From assembly GCA_041736895.1 (NCBI GenBank), contig JBGSSS010000210.1, positions 7,169 through 71,168 of the forward strand: a stretch of DNA of 64,000 bases, written 5' to 3'. A program made the position numbers and the translations under genes. Origin of the DNA: Pirellulales bacterium (GTDB lineage: Bacteria; Planctomycetota; Planctomycetia; Pirellulales; JALHPA01). Positions within the stretch are counted from its first letter, which is position 1. Each line of letters starts with the position of its first letter. The notes beneath the pieces were generated by a model. The model searched no databases. It was not told the origin of the DNA and saw only the letters and a list, made by a program, of their open reading frames with translations. Positions 7,174 through 14,944 of this stretch are shown in pieces.

Positions 7174-7764
7174 ATGTTCACCGGTCTCGTCGAACATTGC
7201 TTGCCATTGACCGCGGTGATCGAAGAGCCGCCGGGGCGAAGGCTCGTGCTCGCCGTGCCGGCCTATCGCAGTGAGATTACGCTGGGCGAGAGCATCGCAA
7301 TTAACGGGTGCTGTCTGACCGTCGTCGAGATCGATGGGGACAAGCTCCATTTCCAAGCCGGACCCGAGACGCTCGCGCGGACGAACCTGGGCCAGCTTGC
7401 GACCGGCAGCCGGGTGAACATTGAGCGCTCGCTACGCTTTGGTGATCGGCTCGGCGGGCATTTGGTTACGGGGCACATCGATGGCGGCGGCACGGTCGCA
7501 AGGCGCGAGGATGTCGCCGATTGGTCGACGTTTTACTTCGCCGCGCCGCCGAACCTGCTCCGGCAAATGGCGAGCAAAGGCTCCATCGCCGTCGATGGCG
7601 TGAGCCTGACCTTGGTCGAGGTCACCGACCAACACTTCTCGGTCCAACTCATTCCGCACACACTCGCCGTGACGACACTCGGCGCGAAAAAGGTTGGCGA
7701 TGCGGTGAACCTGGAAACGGATCTGCTGGCCAAGTATGTCGAGCGGCAGTTGGTGTCCAAGTAG
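7174..7764 (+). CDS. ribE: riboflavin synthase alpha chain
   Basis: MFTGLVEH...INGCCLTVV...VNIERSL...GHLVTGHIDG...VDGVSLTLV is the duplicated lumazine-binding pattern. The ORF-track N-terminal extension (from 6742) is rejected. Confidence 0.9.
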   Translation: MFTGLVEHCLPLTAVIEEPPGRRLVLAVPAYRSEITLGESIAINGCCLTVVEIDGDKLHFQAGPETLARTNLGQLATGSRVNIERSLRFGDRLGGHLVTGHIDGGGTVARREDVADWSTFYFAAPPNLLRQMASKGSIAVDGVSLTLVEVTDQHFSVQLIPHTLAVTTLGAKKVGDAVNLETDLLAKYVERQLVSK

Positions 7765-7841
7765 TGTGGGCTTCAGCCCACACGTCAAAAAGCCATGGCA
7801 TAGCAATGAGCGCAAGTTTCAACGGCCACAACTGCCGCTGC

Positions 7842-8261
7842 TCATTTCTTCCTCGACACGAGTGGAAACACAAACTGCTTCTCGCCATCGGCCGTGACAT
7901 CGGCCGTCAGTTTGCTCTGCAGGTTGTACTCCGCGGGAAGGTATTGTTCGCGCGACCCCGTGGTTTCGCTATGGGGGTCCGACCCGGTTTTGTCGCGAAC
8001 GGCGGTGATCTCGACCCGCAGTTTGCCCAGCGGTTTGCAGTTCAGCGAGAACTTGCCGTCAATCACCTTGCCGATGCCGGCAGGGAGTTGGTCGCTGGTA
8101 AAGAATTTGATGTTTCCTTCGGGCAAGTTCACTCCGTCAAATGTCACGCTACCGCTGACCGGGACGGTGTCTTTCGGCCCGCAGCCGCTGAAGCATATCA
8201 GCGCGATGCAACCCAAGCTGGCCCAAATGCCCTGGTATTGCCGTAAGGCGTGACGCGCCAA
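7842..8261 (-). CDS. lipoprotein, carboxypeptidase-regulatory-like fold (usual DUF1559 companion)
   Basis: Lipobox LICFSGCG, then a beta-rich sequence (VSGSVTFDGVNLPEGNIKF). TTG start at 8261. Lies 40 nt downstream of the DUF1559 gene. Confidence 0.6.
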   Translation of the reverse strand: MARHALRQYQGIWASLGCIALICFSGCGPKDTVPVSGSVTFDGVNLPEGNIKFFTSDQLPAGIGKVIDGKFSLNCKPLGKLRVEITAVRDKTGSDPHSETTGSREQYLPAEYNLQSKLTADVTADGEKQFVFPLVSRKK

Positions 8262-8300
8262 GAGAACTCCTCAAAAAAGAAGATGGCTTCGATCTGCCAC

Positions 8301-9266
8301 CTAATATGAACCGATCGTTTCGCCGCCATTGCGCGAACCGAGCGCGCGATAGGCCAGCGGGTCCATCTCCGCTGCCAGGTAATGCACCGAGCCATCGACA
8401 AAGCAGGCATTCACGCCCGAGGTGTGCATGCTCCGGGCGACGAGGAACATGTTCGTGGCGTTGTACTCGCAAGGCGCTTCGGGGACCGGTTTTTTGGAGC
8501 ACCAATTGAAACGGTCCTCGATCAGCGTGTTGGGCGTGTGCAGCGTCGTGAAGTACACCCCGCCGTGGGCCGGATTGTAGTAGCGGCCGCGGATATCGTT
8601 GTCGGTTTCATCCGGCGTCAAAATGAGCTCGCTGACGGCCACCGTTTTCGAAGTGCCGTCGGTGATGTGACGGTATTTGGTTTTGGAAAGGGCGTAGATC
8701 GTGCCGTTGTTTTTCGCACTGCCCGCGGTGCCCCCTTCGTTCAGGTATTTACTCCCGGCGCAGACGACGTAGTTGCCGGAGAAACCCTGGTAACCGCCGG
8801 CGGAGCCCCCTTTGTTGAAGGTCACGGTTTTGGGATTCGTGGGATCGGCGGGGCACATGAGCACACTGATGATCTTGCCGCCGCCGGGAAAATTCAGCGA
8901 GGACGCGCCGGTGGCCATGTATTTTTCGTATTCTTTGGAGAGCTGTACCTCTTCGATAAAAGGCAAGATATCCTGCATCCAACTGCGGCGATCCTGTTTT
9001 TTGTTGTAGGGGCCGGTGTCGCCGCCGGTCGTGTCGATGTAGTTGTACGTCCCATGAGGGAAGCGCTTGTTGGCATCGGCGTAGTGGATCAAGCCGAGCA
9101 TCGCTTGCCGCATGTTGTTCTTGCATTGCGTTCGCAGCGCGGCGGCCCGGGCGGATTGAATCGCCGGGAGGAGCAGGGCGATCAAGATGCCGATGATGGC
9201 AATGACCACCAAAAGCTCAACCAACGTGAATGCGAACCGTTGCCGTCTCGCAGAAGTAACTGCCAT
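8301..9266 (-). CDS. DUF1559 domain protein with prepilin-type N-terminal cleavage/methylation domain
   Basis: [44 protein letters not shown] and C-terminal SMHTSGVNACFVDGSVHYL. ATG at 9266; GTG at 9278 is possible. Confidence 0.9.
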   Translation of the reverse strand: MAVTSARRQRFAFTLVELLVVIAIIGILIALLLPAIQSARAAALRTQCKNNMRQAMLGLIHYADANKRFPHGTYNYIDTTGGDTGPYNKKQDRRSWMQDILPFIEEVQLSKEYEKYMATGASSLNFPGGGKIISVLMCPADPTNPKTVTFNKGGSAGGYQGFSGNYVVCAGSKYLNEGGTAGSAKNNGTIYALSKTKYRHITDGTSKTVAVSELILTPDETDNDIRGRYYNPAHGGVYFTTLHTPNTLIEDRFNWCSKKPVPEAPCEYNATNMFLVARSMHTSGVNACFVDGSVHYLAAEMDPLAYRALGSRNGGETIGSY

Positions 9267-9484
9267 AATCCCCACCACGGTGAAAAGCCTTGCCGTTTAT
9301 GCCCCCGCCCGACTGAACGTGTTGTTTATTGTCATTTTCGGTTGACTGCGGGTCAAGCTCGAAATAGTTCGGCAATTCCCTGTTTCTGACCCTGGGGCTC
9401 AGGTTGAAGTGGCGAAGCGACAATGTTTCCGAATCCAAACGTGGCAAGCTGACTTAAACACTTCGGCTATGCTAAAATCGATTG

Positions 9485-10390
9485 ATGAGCACATCCCGTC
9501 AAACACTCTCGTTCTTGCGCAAGCGGCTGGAAGAAGTCGGCATCGAGCCGGTCAAGAAGCACGGCCAGAACTTTCTAATCGATTTGAATCTGCTCGAATT
9601 GCTCGTCGAGCGGGCCGATATCCAGCCCTGGGATGTGGTGCTCGAGATCGGCACGGGCACCGGTTCGTTGACAGGCTTGATGGCCCCGCGCGCGGCGCAT
9701 GTCGTGAGCGTCGAAATCGACGCGCGCATGCATCAGCTTGCTAGCGAAGAACTGATCGACGAACCCAATGTCACGTTGCTGCAACAAGACGCGCTCCGCA
9801 CGAAGAACGAACTCGACGACCGTGTGTTGGCCGAAGTGCGCAAGCAGCTCGCGGTCGATCCGAAGCGTCGGTTCAAGCTCGTAGCGAACTTGCCGTACTG
9901 TGTCGCGACGCCCATCTTGTCGAACTTGCTTTTGGTCGATCCGATTCCGCAGAGCATGACCGTCACGATTCAAAAAGAACTCGCCGACAGAATCACGGCC
10001 TCGCCGGGCGTCAAGGATTATTCGTCGCTCAGCATTTGGATGCAAAGTCATTGCCGCACGGAACTGGTGCGCGTCTTATCGCCGACAGTCTTCTGGCCGC
10101 GCCCGCAAGTTGACTCGGCGATTATCCATTTAGAGTTCGATCCCGAATTGAAGGCCCGGCTAGATGATCCGCGCGCGTTCCATGATTTCGTGCGCCAGTT
10201 GTTTCTCTATCGCCGCAAGCATCTCCGCGGCGTCTTGGTCAACGTCTACAAGGGCCAACTCGACAAGCCGGCGATCGATGCGATCCTAGCCGAGCTCAAT
10301 TGGCCGGCGACAACGCGCGCCGAGGAGCTCTCGGTCGAGAGTTTGATCGAGTTGCAGCGCGCGGTGGAGAAGGCGCTCGCGGCACACTAA
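9485..10390 (+). CDS. rsmA: 16S rRNA (adenine1518/1519-N6)-dimethyltransferase
   Basis: KKHGQNFLIDLNLLELLV...VLEIGTGTGSLT SAM motif, and ANLPYCVATPIL. Confidence 0.9.
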   Translation: MSTSRQTLSFLRKRLEEVGIEPVKKHGQNFLIDLNLLELLVERADIQPWDVVLEIGTGTGSLTGLMAPRAAHVVSVEIDARMHQLASEELIDEPNVTLLQQDALRTKNELDDRVLAEVRKQLAVDPKRRFKLVANLPYCVATPILSNLLLVDPIPQSMTVTIQKELADRITASPGVKDYSSLSIWMQSHCRTELVRVLSPTVFWPRPQVDSAIIHLEFDPELKARLDDPRAFHDFVRQLFLYRRKHLRGVLVNVYKGQLDKPAIDAILAELNWPATTRAEELSVESLIELQRAVEKALAAH

Positions 10391-10397
10391 GAAATGC

Positions 10398-10424
10398 TCC
10401 CAGGGGATGAACCCCTGGGCTTTG
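10398..10424 (-). repeat. CAAAGCCCAGGGG-N4-CCCCTGGGA palindromic repeat
   Basis: TCCCAGGGGATGAACCCCTGGGCTTTG, between the convergent rsmA and metallophosphoesterase genes. Confidence 0.7.
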
Positions 10425-10441
10425 CTTTATGTCGCTTTGCC

Positions 10442-11239
10442 TCACATTCCCGCTAGTTCCCATTCGCTCGGCAGCGGTTCCTCCCACCAGGCGAACGATT
10501 CGACCAATTGGTGGCTTGTAGGCAAGAGCGACGGAATCTCCGTGGTGGCAAGAGCCGGCCAGCGGTAGATCTTCGCCGCATCGTGGCGAATCCCGATGTA
10601 CCCGCAGGGCTGCTCGGTCCAGCAGCCGCTGTTCAGGTAATGCACCGTCTTCTGACCAGGGTCCGAGACCATCTCGTCTTCTTGAATATGCGTGTGGCCG
10701 AGGATGATGCCGTCGAAGCCGCGCTCGCGGGCGGCTTTGACCGCGGCGGTACGCAGGTTTTTCACCGCGCGGCAAAATGTCTTGCACTTGCGCTTCAGCG
10801 CCTTGGCCAAACGATGCGTCGGATCGAGCCATTGCGTGCCCGCATAGACCGCGTCGGCCATTGCGATCACGAGCGAAGGTAGTTCCATCGCCTTATCCCA
10901 GCCATGCCCGTGATAGACGAGATAGCGCGCGTCGCCAATGGTGATCGACAGTTCGTCTAGCACAGGCAATCCCAATACGCCGGGAAACCAGGCTTCTTCG
11001 GGATCGTGGTTGCCGCTCAAGAAAAGGACATCCGAGTAACGGGCATAACGACGCAACGCGTCGAGAACCTCGACATCGCCGGGCCGCAACCCGCGGAGCC
11101 ACGGGTCTTGAAACAAATCGCCGTTGACGATCAGTCGATCGGCTCGAATGGTTCGGAGGAAGCTGAGAAACTCGTCAGTGCGAGCGTTCCGTGCTCCTAA
11201 ATGCAGGTCGCTGACGACAACCGTGTCGAAGTGGCGCAT
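10442..11239 (-). CDS. metallophosphoesterase family protein (LpxH-like)
   Basis: VVVSDLHLG...NGDLF...LSGNHD...ILGHTH calcineurin-like metal-binding motifs. ATG at 11239. Confidence 0.8.
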   Translation of the reverse strand: MRHFDTVVVSDLHLGARNARTDEFLSFLRTIRADRLIVNGDLFQDPWLRGLRPGDVEVLDALRRYARYSDVLFLSGNHDPEEAWFPGVLGLPVLDELSITIGDARYLVYHGHGWDKAMELPSLVIAMADAVYAGTQWLDPTHRLAKALKRKCKTFCRAVKNLRTAAVKAARERGFDGIILGHTHIQEDEMVSDPGQKTVHYLNSGCWTEQPCGYIGIRHDAAKIYRWPALATTEIPSLLPTSHQLVESFAWWEEPLPSEWELAGM

Positions 11240-11484
11240 ATTCCCTCGCGTGGTGGAGTGGGGGGAACGAGTAGCTGTCCATGCCAAAGCGTGACATAAA
11301 CATTATCGTCTGCGTGAATGAGCGCGGGGCGAGCGCTTGATGAGAATTCGATGATTCTTGGGAAAGAAATTGCTTCTTCGAGCTCTGAGCCGTGGATGTT
11401 AATCCCCGGATGAGCGTCGCAAATCGTCGCGTCTCCTAGCACATCCGGGGACTTACGTCCCCGGCTCAGGATGCAACGCAGCGT

Positions 11485-12132
11485 CTATTTCCCCAACACG
11501 CCGCTCTTCACCACACGCGCCGGGACGCCTTGGACTTGAACATTGTCCGCGACATCGTGCGTCACGACGGAACCGGCGCCGACGACGCTCTGCGCGCCGA
11601 TACGAATCCGATCGAGGATCACCGCGCCCATTCCGATGTAGGTCGCGGTGCCGATGACCGTCGCGCCAGCCAAGTTCGCGCCGGGTTGCAGTGTGGCGTA
11701 GTCGTGGATCGTCGAATGGTGGCCGATCAATGCGCCGCGGTTAATGAAGACATGCCGTCCGATACGCGTGTGCGAGGCGACTTGCACGCCAGGACTAATC
11801 AGCGTCCCCGCGCCGAGCTGGCTCTTGCCCGAGACCCGCGCCGTGGGATGAACGAGGGTCGCGAATTTGCAGCCGAGCTGCGTGACTTGTTCGATGAATG
11901 TCACACGATGCGTCGTCGCGATCCCGCAAGCAAACAGATGGGACTTGGAAAGTTTTCCCAGGTCATCGATCCAACGCACGGGCAGGCCAGCGACTTTGAG
12001 CGTGCAGCGTTCGCGTTCCTGGTTCTCGACAAAGCCAGCGACTTCATAGCCAGGGATGTCGGCGATCCAATCCGCCAATTCCTCGGCCAAGAGGCGAGTG
12101 CCGAGAATCAGCAATGGCTTGGCCGTGGGCAT
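11485..12132 (-). CDS. NeuD/PglB-type sugar O-acyltransferase (hexapeptide repeat)
   Basis: N-terminal Rossmann-like LLILGTRLLAEEL, then left-handed beta-helix hexapeptide repeats (IGRHVFINRGALIGHHSTIHDYATLQPGANLAG). Confidence 0.8.
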   Translation of the reverse strand: MPTAKPLLILGTRLLAEELADWIADIPGYEVAGFVENQERERCTLKVAGLPVRWIDDLGKLSKSHLFACGIATTHRVTFIEQVTQLGCKFATLVHPTARVSGKSQLGAGTLISPGVQVASHTRIGRHVFINRGALIGHHSTIHDYATLQPGANLAGATVIGTATYIGMGAVILDRIRIGAQSVVGAGSVVTHDVADNVQVQGVPARVVKSGVLGK

Positions 12133-12166
12133 GCGGAAATGAACGGGAACACGTAATGCGCGACCG

Positions 12167-12193
12167 CAAAGCCCAGGGGTTCACCCCCTGGGA
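12167..12193 (+). repeat. CAAAGCCCAGGGG-N4-CCCCTGGGA palindromic repeat
   Basis: CAAAGCCCAGGGGTTCACCCCCTGGGA. Identical to 33491-33517. Confidence 0.7.
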
Positions 12194-12277
12194 TCTGAAG
12201 CTCGTAAACTGGATAGAGTTGTACCCGATATCGGGGTCTCAAAGCCAGAGCGGATTACACGGGTAAACAACGAGATT

Positions 12278-12496
12278 TTAATGTTTTACAATCCAATAAA
12301 GCGACATAAAAACGAGCAGAATCGCCGTAAAAATGACCCAGCCAGGATGTCGTGCTGCGGGCGAGGTTTCCTCGGATTGATAGCTACCGCAAGATGGGCA
12401 GCGCACCGTCTCGTCGTCGAACAGGTCCGCGCCGCAAGCACGGCAGCGGGGATAAACCTCGTCCTCGCTATCGTCGAAGTCATCATCGTCATGCAT
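12278..12496 (-). CDS. small zinc-ribbon membrane protein
   Basis: 72 aa. Acidic N-terminus, CRAC...CPSC zinc-ribbon pairs, C-terminal TM helix. Confidence 0.5.
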   Translation of the reverse strand: MHDDDDFDDSEDEVYPRCRACGADLFDDETVRCPSCGSYQSEETSPAARHPGWVIFTAILLVFMSLYWIVKH

Positions 12497-12609
12497 AGCG
12501 TTGGCGCGGAGCGAGTATCCCGATGATTTCGAACGTTAGGCATTCATGCCTAACCGCTTAGCCGGAGCGTCTACGCCCGGCGTGGCAGACTGGAAAGCCT
12601 GACCTCCGA

Positions 12610-14100
12610 TCAAGCGATCAATTCCTTGATCACCTTGGCATGTTCGACACCGGTGAGCTTGCCGTCAAGGCCCTGCGTTTTGAAGGTGAAGCGTTCGTGG
12701 TCGAGGCCCATGTTGTGGAGAACCGTCGCGTGGAAGTCGCGGATATGGACTGGGTCCTTGACGATGTTGTAGCTGAAGTCGTCCGTCTCGCCGTAGATCG
12801 TGCCACCCTTGAACCCGCCGCCGGCCATCCACATCGTGAAGCAACGGGGGTGATGGTCGCGGCCGTAGTTTTCCTTGCTGAGACCGCCTTGCGAGTAGAT
12901 CGTGCGGCCGAATTCACCGCCCCAGACGACGAGCGTGCTGTCGAGCAGGCCGCGTTGTTTGAGATCAGTGATCAAACCGTAAGTGGCTTGGTCAACGTCC
13001 ATGCACTGGCTCGGCAGCCGGACTTTCACGTTGGCGTGATTGTCCCAATTGTTGTGGTAAATCTGGACAAACCGCACGCCGCGTTCGACCAGCCGCCGCG
13101 CGAGCAACGCCGTGTTGGCAAAGTGCCCCGGCTTCTTGGCGTTTTCGCCATAGAGTTTGAACGTCTCTTCGGTTTCGGTGCCAAGGTTCGTCACTTCGGG
13201 CATGCTCCCTTGCATCTTGAACGCCATTTCGTACTGCTGGATGCGGGTGCGCGTCTCGGGATCGCCAAGTTCGGCGAGCGTCATCTCATTCAACTTGTTC
13301 AGTCCATCGAGTGTCTTGCGGCGGACTTCGCTGCTGACGCCCGGCGGATTATTGATGAACAAAATCGGATCGCCAGCGGTGCGGAACGACACGCCCGCAT
13401 GCTCGCCGGGGAGATACCCGCTCGACCAGATGCGGGCCGAGATCGCTTGAATCTGTTCGGTATTGGAGGGCTGCGCGACCATGACGACAAAGGTCGGCAG
13501 GTTGTCGTTGAGGGAACCGAGGCCGTAGCTGGTCCACGAGCCGAGACAGGGCTTGCCGGTGATTTGGTTGCCGGTCTGCATGTAGCTGACGGCCGGTTCG
13601 TGGTTGATCGCTTCGGTGTGCATCGAGCGGACGAAGCACATTTCGTCGGCGACCTTGGCGGTGTGGGGAAGGAGTTCGCTGATCCACATGCCCGACTTGC
13701 CGTGTTGGGCGAACTTGTACATCGACGGCGCGATGGGGAACCGCGCTTGGCCGCTGGTCATTGTCGTGAGCCGCTGGCCATTGCGAACCGATTCGGGCAA
13801 GTCCTTGTCGTACCAGTCGTTCATCTGGGGCTTGTAATCGAACAAGTCCAGCTGCGACGGCCCGCCGAGCATGTGCAGATAGATGACGTTTTTGATCTTG
13901 GCCGGGAAGTGCGTCGCGGGGAGCGCAGCGCGCTTGCCGATCGTCGCGGTCAGCGCAGGATCAATTTTATCGGATGTTTCTTTGCCAAACAGATGCGGCT
14001 GCATCAGCGCGGCCAATGCCGCGCCGCCAAGCAGGTGCGAACCTTGCGCAAAAAAGTGACGGCGAGTAAGGTTGAGGCCAAGTTGTTGGAGTGGGTTCAT
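12610..14100 (-). CDS. DUF1501 domain-containing protein (sulfatase-like fold, Tat signal)
   Basis: MNPLQQLGLNLTRRHFFAQGSHLLGGAALAAL Tat-like leader, then typical DUF1501 blocks (MLGGPSQLDLFDYKP; GGEFGRT; RDHHP). ATG at 14100. Confidence 0.9.
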   Translation of the reverse strand: MNPLQQLGLNLTRRHFFAQGSHLLGGAALAALMQPHLFGKETSDKIDPALTATIGKRAALPATHFPAKIKNVIYLHMLGGPSQLDLFDYKPQMNDWYDKDLPESVRNGQRLTTMTSGQARFPIAPSMYKFAQHGKSGMWISELLPHTAKVADEMCFVRSMHTEAINHEPAVSYMQTGNQITGKPCLGSWTSYGLGSLNDNLPTFVVMVAQPSNTEQIQAISARIWSSGYLPGEHAGVSFRTAGDPILFINNPPGVSSEVRRKTLDGLNKLNEMTLAELGDPETRTRIQQYEMAFKMQGSMPEVTNLGTETEETFKLYGENAKKPGHFANTALLARRLVERGVRFVQIYHNNWDNHANVKVRLPSQCMDVDQATYGLITDLKQRGLLDSTLVVWGGEFGRTIYSQGGLSKENYGRDHHPRCFTMWMAGGGFKGGTIYGETDDFSYNIVKDPVHIRDFHATVLHNMGLDHERFTFKTQGLDGKLTGVEHAKVIKELIA

Positions 14101-14108
14101 GATGGAAT

Positions 14109-14934
14109 GTAGCCTACTTGCCCCGCAAGTAGGCGAAACGGGGGAAGAGTTGATTTTACAAAACACGCGAGTAGTGAATTACTTGCCGATAATCAATCCC
14201 AGCTTCTTTCGGGTTTTCGATGATGTATCGACGTAAGCGAAAAAATTGCGCCTCGGTTCTGATCAAATGATCAAACGAATCTGGTTGCCAAAAACGTCCG
14301 TGCACATCAATTGCTTGATTGATCTGAAAGGCAGTCAAATGCTTCCAATTGCGGCAAATCTTCAGCAGCGAAACATCGTCAGGAAATGCTGCGATAAGAT
14401 GCACATGATTCGGCATAATGATGAAGTCATAGAGGATGTAATCTCGTTCATCGTCATGCTGCAATACATCCGCGACGATTTGAGCAATTCGCTTTTTGCG
14501 CAAGACGCATTCGCCATAAGCACGATCAAGCAATCGATTCCAACCTTGCGTCATTTTGCGTTTATATTCAGTTTGCAATGTTGGATTCAGTTGACTGACA
14601 TTGACCTGCAACTGTTTTCCCTGAACAACAATTCCCTTGTCTCGTAACCAAGCATTCCGTTTTTGCAGCCAACGATCCAGCACAGCCTGGGGAATCGAGT
14701 CCCAGGTGCGCCAGGTAATGAAACTCAGGGTCGCTGCTTGAGACCAGTGCGGCAATCTTCGCTGCACAACGGACTTTTCCGCAGCGTGATCATACGTGCG
14801 GAAAGGAATCGACAGTTTTGGAATGTCCGACATAAAGTCGTTGCTCTTTTGTGAAGACAAGCAAGGTTCGGAGTCTGAGAGTCTTTCTCGCCAACTTGCG
14901 GGGCAAGTTGGCTACATTCAGGCAAGTTGGCTAC
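14109..14934 (-). mobile_element. RAYT locus: transposase gene bracketed by inverted REP hairpins
   Basis: Left GTAGCCTACTTGCCCCGCAAGTAGGC (14109-14134). Right GCCAACTTGCGGGGCAAGTTGGCTAC (14890-14915) plus half copy GGCAAGTTGGCTAC (14921-14934). The arms are reverse complements apart from one compensatory base pair. Confidence 0.7.
14156..14833 (-). CDS. REP-associated tyrosine transposase (RAYT, IS200-like Y1/HUH family)
   Basis: HUH motif in IIMPNHVHLIAAF; RFWQPDSFDHLIR; catalytic-Tyr region LRRYIIENPKEAGI. ATG at 14833 (TTG at 14860 possible). Flanked by inverted GTAG-headed hairpins. Confidence 0.8.
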   Translation of the reverse strand: MSDIPKLSIPFRTYDHAAEKSVVQRRLPHWSQAATLSFITWRTWDSIPQAVLDRWLQKRNAWLRDKGIVVQGKQLQVNVSQLNPTLQTEYKRKMTQGWNRLLDRAYGECVLRKKRIAQIVADVLQHDDERDYILYDFIIMPNHVHLIAAFPDDVSLLKICRNWKHLTAFQINQAIDVHGRFWQPDSFDHLIRTEAQFFRLRRYIIENPKEAGIDYRQVIHYSRVL

Positions 14935-14944
14935 TCTTAGGCCG

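Noticed and set aside
11445-11464. Hairpin CCGGGGAC-TTAC-GTCCCCGG downstream of the NeuD-like gene, considered as a terminator
   Set aside because: There is no U-tract on either side and no GTAG head. It may be a stabilising hairpin but cannot be called a Rho-independent terminator or a member of the REP families from sequence alone.
12640-14112. 490-aa plus-strand ORF
   Set aside because: It is antisense to the DUF1501 gene, which has clear family motifs. It is a shadow ORF rich in Arg, Val and Ala.
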